From: Chthonomonadaceae bacterium
Lineage (GTDB): Bacteria; Armatimonadota; Chthonomonadetes; Chthonomonadales; Chthonomonadaceae
Assembly: GCA_035650735.1 (NCBI GenBank)
Contig: DASRGZ010000152.1
Span: 1 to 38,255, forward strand
DNA: 38,255 nucleotides
Reading direction: 5' to 3'
The notes beneath the pieces were generated by a model. The model did no database searches, had not been told where the DNA came from, and worked only from the letters and a program-made list of their open reading frames with translations. The translations under genes and the position numbers were made by a program. The number at the start of each line of letters is the position of its first letter. The first letter of the stretch is position 1. Shown in pieces: positions 17,745 to 26,789 of this stretch.

Positions 17745-20462
17745 TTATGCCGCCAGTCGTACCGGGGCGGGCGCGGCGGCGGGTTGCGGCGCTCCTGCCG
17801 GACGGCGCTTCTCCGCCGCGCGCAGAAACGCCTGCGCAATGGCCGGGTCGAATTGCGTGCCGATGTTGGCTTTGATCTCCCCGAGGGCCGTGTCCCAATC
17901 CATTCCCCGGCGGTAGGGCCGGTCGGTGGTCATGGCGCTGAAGGCGTCGGCGACGGCCAGCAGCCGCCCCAGGAAGGGCGTATCCTCGCCTTTGGTCCCA
18001 TCCGGGTAGCCCTGCCCGTCCCAGCGCTCGTGATGCGAGCGGACGGCATCCACGATCTCCTCCATGCCCGGCACCGCCCCGACAATGAGCGCGCCCAGGC
18101 GCGGGTGCCGCTTCATCACCTCGTACTCTTCCGGCGTGAGCCGACCGGGCTTGTGCAGGATCTCGTCCGGCACGCCGATCTTGCCGACGTCGTGCAGCAG
18201 CCCGCCGATGCGGATAAGCCGCAGCGTCTCCTCCGAGACGCCCAGTTCCTCCGCCGTCCAGAGCGCATATTCGGTCACGTCCTCGGAGTGTCGGCGCGTA
18301 TAGCGATCTTTGTTGTCTACTGCCGTCACCATTGCGTCCAAAACATTGAAGGAGCCGGAAGCGGCGCGCAGCCGGCGGTTGGCACGCTGCATTTCCGTCG
18401 TGCCGTGGATGCCACTTTCCGATTGCTTGGCCGTGTAGAGGTTGTTGTCGGCGATAGTCAGCAGCTCGTGCCGATTGACGCTATCCTCCGGGAAGGCGGC
18501 AATGCCGAAGCTGAGGGAAACCGGAATGGTGCGCCCCTCCCCGGAACGCCGGTAGCCCTGCTGGAGCATTCGTGCTTGAAGCCGTTCGGCCACGGTCACG
18601 GCCCCTTCCGCGCCGGTGTCCGGCAAAATCAGGAGGAACTCATCCCCGCCGTAGCGGCCCGCATAATCGGTCTCCCGACAGGTCTCGCGCAGCGCCTGCG
18701 CCACCCCTCTGAGCACCTGATCGCCGACCGGGTGCCCATAGGTGTCGTTAAACATCTTAAAGTTGTTCAGGTCCATCATGACGACGGCTAACGGGCGCTC
18801 CAGCTGATACGCGCGCGCTAGCTCCCGATCCAGATGCTGATGGATGGCCCGGTGGTTATAGAGGTTCGTGACCGGGTCCTTGTCGGCGGCTTCCAGGGCG
18901 GCGCGGTGGCGGTAGGCGTTCTCCAGGGCGGTGCCCACTTCCAGGCCGATGCTCTGCAGCAGCCCCCACTCGGTGGGGTCTATGCTGGCCTCCCACCGGA
19001 CGATGCCGATCATTCCCAGCGCCTTCTGCTGCCAGATCAGGGGCGCGCGCAGGCAGACGCCCGGCTGCGTTTCGGTCGCGGTCGGCAGGGGCAGCAACTC
19101 CACCTGATCGCGCACGGCCTGCCGGGCCAGAAAGGCCAATATGCTGGTATGTTCCTCCAGCCCTTTATGCAGTGGGAGGGTAGTGACCTTACTGCTCCCT
19201 GCCGACTCATCGGAGAGCCAGACGGCCACCGCCTCCGCCTGAAACGCCCGCTGCGTATGCTCCAGGGCGGCGGCGAGAACATCTTTGACCTGGAGCGTGT
19301 TGTTGACCGCCTGGGTCAGCCCCAGCAGCGCGCCTAACTGCTGCGTTCGCTGTTCCACGCGCTGCTCCAGCCCCTCGTTCAGGGCGCGCAACTGCGCCGC
19401 CAGCTCCTGGTTCTGCTGCAACTGGTCGCTCAATTGCCGCGTTAGATCGCGATTCTCCAGCAGCGTAAATACCTGCCGCAGCAGCACCAGCGCCATCATT
19501 CCCAGGCCCACAAAGAACATTGCCGCACTGATACCGCCCCCGTCCAGAGAATCCGCCGTAATGACCACGGTCAGCGAAATGCCTGCGGCGGCGTAGGGCG
19601 CGAACAGGCGCACCAGGCTGCGCGCCTGGGCGCTCTGGACGTGCAGCGCGTTGGCCTGCGGCTGAATGCCGCGGTGCCGGGCCCAGAGGAGCGATAGGCT
19701 CGCATAGGCAATGAGCAGCGCCCCGAAGGGCCATCCCCAATCGTACCAGGAGCCCATGTGGTAGCGGCTGAGGAAGCGGTAGTAGGTATAGGGCGTATCG
19801 GCAAAGGCCCAGGAGATGATCCCGCAGGCCAAAAGCCCCAGCGAGCGGCGCAGGTGCCGGTCATCCGACATACTGTTGAGCAGGACGAGGGCGCTAAACA
19901 GCGAGGCCACATCGCCAAGCGGGTAGCTGACGCTGACGATCTTGCCCAGCAGCGCCAGGCCGGAATGCCGCCACAGCTGGCGCAGCAGGAAGTGCCAGAC
20001 CAGCACGCCGATGCTGCTGGTGAGGATGGCGCTGTCGAAGAGCAGGCGCGCGCGCCCGGCGCGCGGCATACTGCGGAAGAGCAGCAGCACGCCGCCGATA
20101 ATGAAGGGAAAGACGCTGACCCAGGCCACATCCGCCCAGCTAGGGCAGGGCACCGGGCCGCCGCACACGTTGGCATAGTAATAGTAAGCGAAATCGCCTG
20201 CCAGATAGGCGAAGCAGGCCATGCCGATCAGCAACCAGGCTAACCCTTGGGCGCGCGTGGAATGCCGCCCACGCCGGGCATAGACGAGGCAGCAGACCCC
20301 CGCAAAGGTATGGGGCGAGAGATGCAAGAGCGAAAAGATGGTCTCAAAGGTGTCCTTGCTGCCCGGACGAACCAGCAGCATGAACAGAAATCCAGCAACA
20401 TAGGCTATGGAACAGAGGATGCAGACGCGCTGGAACAGAGAGCGCCCCTTCAGCAAAAACAT
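17745..20462 (-). CDS. Multi-TM sensor with GAF, GGDEF and HD-GYP domains
   Basis: RETD...RYGGDEF, LLHDVGK, HHERWDGQGYP; many N-terminal TM helices. Confidence 0.92.
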   Translation of the reverse strand: MFLLKGRSLFQRVCILCSIAYVAGFLFMLLVRPGSKDTFETIFSLLHLSPHTFAGVCCLVYARRGRHSTRAQGLAWLLIGMACFAYLAGDFAYYYYANVCGGPVPCPSWADVAWVSVFPFIIGGVLLLFRSMPRAGRARLLFDSAILTSSIGVLVWHFLLRQLWRHSGLALLGKIVSVSYPLGDVASLFSALVLLNSMSDDRHLRRSLGLLACGIISWAFADTPYTYYRFLSRYHMGSWYDWGWPFGALLIAYASLSLLWARHRGIQPQANALHVQSAQARSLVRLFAPYAAAGISLTVVITADSLDGGGISAAMFFVGLGMMALVLLRQVFTLLENRDLTRQLSDQLQQNQELAAQLRALNEGLEQRVEQRTQQLGALLGLTQAVNNTLQVKDVLAAALEHTQRAFQAEAVAVWLSDESAGSSKVTTLPLHKGLEEHTSILAFLARQAVRDQVELLPLPTATETQPGVCLRAPLIWQQKALGMIGIVRWEASIDPTEWGLLQSIGLEVGTALENAYRHRAALEAADKDPVTNLYNHRAIHQHLDRELARAYQLERPLAVVMMDLNNFKMFNDTYGHPVGDQVLRGVAQALRETCRETDYAGRYGGDEFLLILPDTGAEGAVTVAERLQARMLQQGYRRSGEGRTIPVSLSFGIAAFPEDSVNRHELLTIADNNLYTAKQSESGIHGTTEMQRANRRLRAASGSFNVLDAMVTAVDNKDRYTRRHSEDVTEYALWTAEELGVSEETLRLIRIGGLLHDVGKIGVPDEILHKPGRLTPEEYEVMKRHPRLGALIVGAVPGMEEIVDAVRSHHERWDGQGYPDGTKGEDTPFLGRLLAVADAFSAMTTDRPYRRGMDWDTALGEIKANIGTQFDPAIAQAFLRAAEKRRPAGAPQPAAAPAPVRLAA

Positions 20463-20816
20463 TATCTCAAGCTCCGTCAGGCATTTCGTAAAGGCCAACC
20501 GTCTTCCGTGGTCGTTGGCACAACTCCGTGAACGTGTTTCCACAGATCCCGGCAATATTACACTGGTTTCAGCCTTTAGGAAGGAACCGGACAGGAATCC
20601 CATTTCATTGCCGCGCCTGGAAGAGGTCGGCGCGAGGAGGCGATGGATGAGGGAGCCTTAGGGAGTGGTTTCCTTAAATCAGAGCGTAGTGGAGTGGGAA
20701 TAACGAGCGTAACCGTGGGAGAGGCAGGGCAGAAATCGAATTAGAGCGCCGAAGAGAGCGCTGTTGCAGGTTCCAGGGGAGAGGTTTTCGTGGCTAGAAG
20801 AAGGGCAGAAATCGTA

Positions 20817-20842
20817 TCGGGGCGCTAGCGCTAGCGCCCCGA
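20817..20842. terminator. Perfect 26-bp palindrome, probable terminator of the small-protein pair
   Basis: TCGGGGCGCTAGCGCTAGCGCCCCGA, about 35 bp past the 20877 stop. Confidence 0.5.
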
Positions 20843-20876
20843 GTTCAGATCGTGAGAACCAGAGGAACCCTAAAGC

Positions 20877-21125
20877 TCAGGTTTCAGAAGTGGCGGGCTC
20901 GGCGGCGAGGGTGCTGCGCGCCGCGGCGGTTGCCACCGAATCCCAGCCGCCGAGACGGTACATAGACTTGCCACACACGGCGCAATGGCCTTTTAAATCC
21001 CGGCCACCGCGCCGGTTGCACACCTGGATCGCCCCGTGCATGGGCCGCCGGCTGCGGCAGTGAACGCAATACCCCACCACCTGCACGTCGGGTTGCGGGG
21101 ATTTGCCATTCTGCGCGGAATCCAT
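20877..21125 (-). CDS. Small zinc-ribbon protein (DUF5679-like)
   Basis: GYCVHCRSRRPM...KGHCAVCGKSMYRLG. Confidence 0.75.
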   Translation of the reverse strand: MDSAQNGKSPQPDVQVVGYCVHCRSRRPMHGAIQVCNRRGGRDLKGHCAVCGKSMYRLGGWDSVATAAARSTLAAEPATSET

Positions 21126-21126
21126 G

Positions 21127-21327
21127 TCAGCTTACTCGCTTCAGCAGAGGCAGCCCCGTCTGCGCGCTCTCGGTCACCGTGTAGCCTTCGGGAAGCTGAT
21201 CGATAGCGCCATCCTTGATCTCTTTGCTGAAGAAGTAGAGGCGGCGTTTGCCTCCCCGTGAGTCGGTCTCTTTGGAATGCAGGTAGTAGGTCGTGCCAGT
21301 CTTCTTACTTTTGACGGAATAGGGCAT
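21127..21327 (-). CDS. Small basic hypothetical protein (66 aa)
   Basis: AAGGAG RBS; YYLHSK..RGG...YFFSK...LPEGY.V.E...TGLPLLK; ends 1 bp from the next start. Confidence 0.8.
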   Translation of the reverse strand: MPYSVKSKKTGTTYYLHSKETDSRGGKRRLYFFSKEIKDGAIDQLPEGYTVTESAQTGLPLLKRVS

Positions 21328-21770
21328 GGTGATCTCCTTTTCTCGAAATCCAGTTCGATCGTCGCGTCCGTGCCTGTAGAGCGCCCGCAAAAATTGGCTC
21401 GCCTGGTCGAGCGGCGCTTTTCTGGCCCTGTTAATTTTCTCCTACGTGCTTGGTGGCTCTCTGCCTGGCCCTAAAGAACCGGGCTGCCAAGAGGTTTCGT
21501 ACCCCTCTCAGGCATCGCTACACCTGACAGACAGACGATCACTTAACGCAGAGTCCCCACAAAAATGCTGCAAACTATGAAGGATATAAAGCGCTCACGG
21601 AAGTTTGGACCGGTGCAGCGGAGGCTTCCGCAGGGGAAGGGAGTGCGCACCTCCGCTGCCGGAATTCAGCGGCCCCTGCCGATGATGGGCTATGATAGCA
21701 TACACGGCGGCTAAAGCGCAAGTCCCTTTTGGCGCTTTCCCGGCCCATTTTGCGCTCGCGCAGCCCCCGC

Positions 21771-21799
21771 TTGACAACAGGGCGACCGGGTGCTAGACT
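21771..21799 (+). promoter_or_regulatory. Sigma70-type promoter
   Basis: TTGACA-17 bp-TAGACT with extended -10 TG. Confidence 0.7.
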
Positions 21800-21817
21800 G
21801 GCCCCAAAGCATAATTA

Positions 21818-21920
21818 ACTCAAGTTGCTACCTTGCCTCTTCGAGAAGGCAAACGGTGATGCAAAAGCCGGTTTCCAGAGCGATTCTCTCTCAAACGTGT
21901 TCCTAGGTAGCAACTTGGGT
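21818..21920 (+). mobile_element. 103-bp MITE, copy 1
   Basis: TIRs ACTCAAGTTGCTACC / GGTAGCAACTTGGGT; flanking direct repeat TAATTA; exact reverse complement of 37875-37977. Confidence 0.9.
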
Positions 21921-22019
21921 TAATTATCCTTGTAGGGGAGATGCGCACGTAGTGGCCAGTGACGAGCGGCCAGAAAAGCGGCCCCAAAGCGTAAATTATC
22001 ATTGCAGAGGAGAGGATCC

Positions 22020-22712
22020 GTGAAACCCACCGTACAGATCTCGCTTGACGTGACCAGCAAGGAAGAGGCGTTGGAGACGGCGGCGATTGCCCTGCGCGCC
22101 GGCGTGGACTGGCTGGAAGCGGGAACGCCGCTCATTCTGGCCGAGGGCCTGCACGGCGTTCGGGCGCTGCGCGCCGCCTTTCCCGAAACGCCCATTGTCG
22201 CCGACCTCAAGACCATGGACGGCGGCTATCTGGAAGCCGAGATGATGGCCAGGGCGGGCGCGACGCATGTGGTCGTGATGGCGCGGGCGCATTCGGCGAC
22301 CATCAAGCAGGTGGTTCAGGCAGGCCGGGATTACGGCCTCAAGGTGATGGGCGATAATCTGGCCTGCGAGGATATGGTGGCCGGCGCCCAGAGGCTCGAA
22401 GACCTGGGCTGCGATTACGTGATCCACCACATCGGCTACGACGAACGGCGCGATCCGGAGGTGCAGGCCCGGCATGGGGGACGGATGCCTAGCCCGCTGG
22501 ATCAGTTGGCGGAAGTTGTACGGGCAGTTTCCGTGCCGGTACAGGCGGTCGGCGGCCTGAGCATCGAGCAGGCCATCGCCTGCCCACAGTACGGCGCGCC
22601 GCTGGTGGTGCTGGGCGCGCCACTGACGGTGGATGCGGAGGCGTTTAAGACGGCGGCAGGCGATCTGGAGGGCCTTCTGCGTGAAATCTGCCGCCGCATT
22701 CATGCCGAATAG
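22020..22712 (+). CDS. 3-hexulose-6-phosphate synthase-like enzyme (OMPDC/HPS family)
   Basis: QISLD, WLEAGTPLI, VADLKTMDGG, HIGYD, AVGG; GTG preceded by GAGGAG. Confidence 0.85.
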   Translation: MKPTVQISLDVTSKEEALETAAIALRAGVDWLEAGTPLILAEGLHGVRALRAAFPETPIVADLKTMDGGYLEAEMMARAGATHVVVMARAHSATIKQVVQAGRDYGLKVMGDNLACEDMVAGAQRLEDLGCDYVIHHIGYDERRDPEVQARHGGRMPSPLDQLAEVVRAVSVPVQAVGGLSIEQAIACPQYGAPLVVLGAPLTVDAEAFKTAAGDLEGLLREICRRIHAE

Positions 22713-22789
22713 CCCTCGGCGCTCTCCAAAACCTCGCCCCGGCCCTGGTAGCCCTCACTCCCCAGCAGGCCTCACCCCCTGCCTTCCTG

Positions 22790-23117
22790 ACCTAACCCCC
22801 GTCCCCCACTGCCAGGGTCGGCAGGGTTACGGCCCCTGCCTCCGCCTTGCGACACCTGGCGACCCTACGAGAGAAGGGGGTGACCCAGGTTTGTGCGATC
22901 TCGTTAGACTCTTAAGTCTCGTGGGTGGAGACGACCTCACCCCCGGCCCCTCTCCTTCGTAAGGAGAGGGGCCGGGGGTGAGGTCTGGAGGAGAGCAGAA
23001 GTCGGGTCCCCCCCTTCCCTGTGAGCGAAGCGAACGCAGTAGGGCCGCAAGGTGTCGCAAGGCGGAGGGCCGAATTATTGCAGGCCCGACCCTGGCAGTG
23101 GGGGACGGGGGTTAGGT
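22790..23117. repeat. 328-bp nested foldback element
   Basis: Perfect 32-bp outer IR (22790-22821/23086-23117), perfect 19-bp inner IR (22839-22857/23050-23068), perfect 25-bp central stem with 3-nt loop (22933-22985). Confidence 0.9.
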
Positions 23118-23219
23118 GAATCTATCTCAGAAAATCTTTTCACTGCCAGCACAGGAGTTCCCAACCAACCCGTAGAATCAGACGTAAAGATAAGGAAAAG
23201 GAAGCTGTGAAGAGTTAGC

Positions 23220-23720
23220 ATGGCATCGAATCTACCGCCAAATATGCCGCCCTCCGCCGGTTCCAAGCCGCCGACGGCGACGGCCTTTCGCCGCTTCCTG
23301 ACGCGCGGCGAAGCGGCGACGCTCATCGGCATGCTGATGGTCATTTTCAGCCTCTACCTGATATGGGAGTATCATGCGGTGGAGGCCGGCCCGTTGCCCG
23401 CCGTTTCTGGCCTGTTTGCCGAGCTCAAACCCATTCCGCGCACCGGCCAGGCATTGCCTAAATCGATTCGCTGGACGCTCATAGGCAGCGCGCTGCTCTG
23501 CGGGGCACTGCTGCTCTGGCCCCCCAACGAGAAGACACGACTGCCGCTGGCCGTCCTGAACGGCGCGTGCGGGCTGGCCTGCGTGATTATTCCGCTCTCC
23601 TGGCTGGCGCGGTTCGGGCTCCAGCCGGGCATTGCGGTGGCGCTCCTCGGAGGCATCCTGCTGGTGTTCGGCGCGCTGGAACGTCTCAACGCGCTCAGCA
23701 AGCCGGCCTCCGCGCCCTGA
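23220..23720 (+). CDS. Hypothetical membrane protein (about 4 TM)
   Basis: Four hydrophobic segments, GC3-biased codons. Confidence 0.75.
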   Translation: MASNLPPNMPPSAGSKPPTATAFRRFLTRGEAATLIGMLMVIFSLYLIWEYHAVEAGPLPAVSGLFAELKPIPRTGQALPKSIRWTLIGSALLCGALLLWPPNEKTRLPLAVLNGACGLACVIIPLSWLARFGLQPGIAVALLGGILLVFGALERLNALSKPASAP

Positions 23721-23817
23721 ATTGGGGTAGCGGGCGGATAAATTCGCAGCAACAAGAGCACGCAGTCGGCCTACGCCGACTCCATCCTCCCCTCTGCCGC
23801 AGCGCCGGGGGTCGCCA

Positions 23818-23948
23818 GGCGGAGGCGCGAACCATTGCAGCGCCGACCCTAGCAGGGGCCCAACCATGGCAGGCGCGACCCTGGCAGTAGGGGAAGGGGG
23901 TGAGGGCAGAACCCGCGCAGGCGGGTTTTGTGCCTTGGTTGCTGCGGC
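23818..23948. repeat. Partial copies of the foldback right arm plus a REP-like hairpin
   Basis: GGCGGAGGCGCGAACCATTGCAGCGCCGACCCTAGCAG and CGACCCTGGCAGTAGGGGAAGGGGGTGAGG resemble 23061-23117; followed by AACCCGC-GCAG-GCGGGTT. Confidence 0.7.
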
Positions 23949-24218
23949 TGATGACCTTTGACAATCTAACCGGATAGTGTTGAGTTAGAAAAACTGCCCC
24001 CTTAGACAATCCAAGGTCCTGAGCCGCCCGTAAACAAAATGGCACGAACCTGGGTGAGCGTATGGATCGTAGGGGCTTGTCCCTTCCTTTCACAGCCCAT
24101 TTAACAGATTTCTGAAACCTGGAAGCGGCGTCCTACTTCTTTATAGCATCTTGCATTCATCACGAGGCAGCGCGCCCATGCCTGAACCCGTCGCGCCGCC
24201 TGAAACGGGGGTGTCTTT

Positions 24219-26753
24219 ATGAAAGCCGTGATCATGGCAGGTGGAGAAGGAACCCGACTCCGTCCCCTGACCTCCCATCGTCCCAAGCCGCTGGTTCCAG
24301 CGCTGAATAAGCCCATCATGGAGCATATCGTGCTGCTGCTCAAACAGCACGGCATCACGGACATCGTCGTTACCCTGCACTACCTGGCTGACGAGATTGA
24401 AGGCTACTTTGGCGATGGCTCGGAGTGGGGAGTCAATATGGTCTACTCCGTCGAAGACACCCCGCTAGGCACGGCCGGCAGCGTCAAGAAGGCCGAAGAG
24501 TACCTCAAAGACGATACCTTCCTGATTATTAGCGGCGACGCCCTGACCGATATTGACCTGGATAAAGCCATCGCCTACCACCGGGAGAAGGGCAGCCAGG
24601 CAACTATCGTGCTCTCGCATGTGCCTAACCCCCTGGAATTCGGCGTGGTCATTACCGACGATGAGGGCCACATACGCCGCTTCCTCGAAAAGCCCTCCTG
24701 GGGCGAAGTCTTCTCCGACACGGTCAATACCGGCATGTATCTGCTGGAGCCCTCCATCCTCGACTATATGGAGCCGGAGGGCAACTACGACTGGAGCCAG
24801 GACATCTTCCCGCGCATGCTGGCCGAGGAGAAGCCGCTCTACGGCTTCGTGATGGAGGACTACTGGTGCGACGTAGGCAACCTCCAGCAGTATAGGGAGG
24901 CGCAATACACGGTGATGGACGGGCAGACCCGCGTGCGCATCGGCGAGACCGCCTCCGAGACGCACAACGGCGTCTGGCTCGGCGAGGGCTACGAGATCGA
25001 TCCGACCGCCCAGATCCTGCCGCCCGTCGTCCTCGGGCGCAACTGCCGAATCAAAGCCGGGGCGGTCGTCGGGCCCTACTCGGTGCTCGGGGATAATACC
25101 ATCGTCGAAGAGAGGGCCACCGTTCACCGCAGCGTCCTCTGGGATAACGTCTACGTCGGCGTCGATTCACGCCTGAGCGCCTGCACGGTCTGCTCCCACG
25201 TCACCATCAAGCACAACTGCACTATTCAGGAGGGCGCCGTCATCGGCGACCGCTGCCGTATCGAGAACGATTCGACCGTCCGCACCCAGATCAAGCTCTG
25301 GCCGGATAAGGTCATCGAGGCGGGCAGCACCGTCACCATGAGTCTGATCTGGGGTCAGAAGTGGGCCGGGTCGCTGTTTCGCAACCTGGGCGTGACGGGG
25401 ATAGCCAACATCGAGCTCACTCCCGATTTTGCCTGCAAGCTCGGCGCTTCCTTCGGCGGCTATCTGCGGCGGGGCGCCACGGTCGTCACCAGCCGCGACT
25501 CCGGCCCGGTCGCCCGCATGATGAAGCGCGCCATGATCTCCGGGCTACTCTCGGTGGGCGTGAACGTCCTGGATATGCGCTCCATGCCCTTGCCCATCGC
25601 CCGGCACGGCATCCTGGGCGCGCAGGCGGGCGGTGGCGTGCATGTCCGCCTGGCTCCCAACAACCCGAAGATGGCCCTGATCGAGTTTTTTGATAATCAG
25701 GGCATCTATCTGTCCAAAAACGCCGAGCGCAAAGTGGAGACGATCTTCTTCCGGGAGGATTTCCGCCGCGTAGACGCCGATCAGGTGGGGCAGTTGGAGT
25801 TTGCCGGGCGCAGCGTAGAGCAGTATGCCGAGGACTTCTATCATCATCTCAAGGTAGATAAGATTCGGACGCGCAATATTAAGGTGGTAGCAGACTTCGC
25901 GTTCGGGCGTCTGGCGGGCGTCTACCCTTCCATGCTAGGGCGGATGGGCTGCGACCTGATCGCTCTCAACGCCTACCCGGACGTGCAGAAGACGCCCAAG
26001 ACGCGCGAGGCGCGCGCGGCTCTGCTGCCCAACCTGGCCCAGATCGTCCAGACGCTCCAGGCCGACCTGGGCGTACTCTTCGAGGCCGACGGCGAGCGCA
26101 TGACGCTGGTGGACGAGAACGGGGTCGTCATCGAGGGCGATAACCTGCTGGCGCTGATGGCCGTACTGGTGTCGCGGACGCGGGAGCGCGCCCGCATCGC
26201 CGTGCCAGTGACGGCCCCGCGCATGATCGAGCCGCTGGTGGGCCTGCACGGCGGCCTCGTCCTGCGCACCAAGACCGATGTGCGTGACCTAATGGAAGTC
26301 TCTGCCGGTGGGCCGGAGCGCATCGGTCGGGCGGATTTTGCCGGCGACGACGCTGGCGGGTTTATTTTCTCGGAGTTTCAGCCCAGCTTTGATGCCATGT
26401 ACGCCTTCGGCAAGCTGTTGGAGCTTCTGGCAATCACCGACCTGCGCATCTCGGAGCTTGCGGCGGAGCTGCCGCCGGCGCACGTGGTTCAGACCTCCGT
26501 GCGCTGCCCGTGGGAGATCAAGGGCCGCATCATGCGCGTGCTGACCAAGGAGGCCGACGCGATTGAGCGGAACAACGGCAACCAGGTCGAACTGATTGAC
26601 GGCATCAAGTTTATCCAGGGCGATAAGTGGGCGCTGGTGGTGCCGGATGCCTCCGAGCCTTACTTCCATGTCTACGCGGAGGCGAACACGCCCGAGGAGG
26701 CCAACAAGCTGCTCTGCCAGTACGTTGAGAAGCTTGAGGCGCTGCGCGGGTAA
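24219..26753 (+). CDS. Mannose-1-phosphate guanylyltransferase / phosphomannomutase-like fusion
   Basis: [18 protein letters not shown], hexapeptide (LbH) repeats, C-terminal phosphohexomutase fold. Confidence 0.92.
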   Translation: MKAVIMAGGEGTRLRPLTSHRPKPLVPALNKPIMEHIVLLLKQHGITDIVVTLHYLADEIEGYFGDGSEWGVNMVYSVEDTPLGTAGSVKKAEEYLKDDTFLIISGDALTDIDLDKAIAYHREKGSQATIVLSHVPNPLEFGVVITDDEGHIRRFLEKPSWGEVFSDTVNTGMYLLEPSILDYMEPEGNYDWSQDIFPRMLAEEKPLYGFVMEDYWCDVGNLQQYREAQYTVMDGQTRVRIGETASETHNGVWLGEGYEIDPTAQILPPVVLGRNCRIKAGAVVGPYSVLGDNTIVEERATVHRSVLWDNVYVGVDSRLSACTVCSHVTIKHNCTIQEGAVIGDRCRIENDSTVRTQIKLWPDKVIEAGSTVTMSLIWGQKWAGSLFRNLGVTGIANIELTPDFACKLGASFGGYLRRGATVVTSRDSGPVARMMKRAMISGLLSVGVNVLDMRSMPLPIARHGILGAQAGGGVHVRLAPNNPKMALIEFFDNQGIYLSKNAERKVETIFFREDFRRVDADQVGQLEFAGRSVEQYAEDFYHHLKVDKIRTRNIKVVADFAFGRLAGVYPSMLGRMGCDLIALNAYPDVQKTPKTREARAALLPNLAQIVQTLQADLGVLFEADGERMTLVDENGVVIEGDNLLALMAVLVSRTRERARIAVPVTAPRMIEPLVGLHGGLVLRTKTDVRDLMEVSAGGPERIGRADFAGDDAGGFIFSEFQPSFDAMYAFGKLLELLAITDLRISELAAELPPAHVVQTSVRCPWEIKGRIMRVLTKEADAIERNNGNQVELIDGIKFIQGDKWALVVPDASEPYFHVYAEANTPEEANKLLCQYVEKLEALRG

Positions 26754-26789
26754 GCGGCAGGGTTTAGCCTGCCGGACGGAGGTTGGCGC

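Noticed and set aside
20463..20720. c-di-GMP riboswitch upstream of the GGDEF/HD-GYP gene
   Set aside because: No recognisable class I or II consensus by eye.
22720..23120. CRISPR array or small ORFs in the repeat-rich region
   Set aside because: Repeats are inverted and nested, not regularly spaced; the ORFs are Pro/Gly-rich translations of the repeats.
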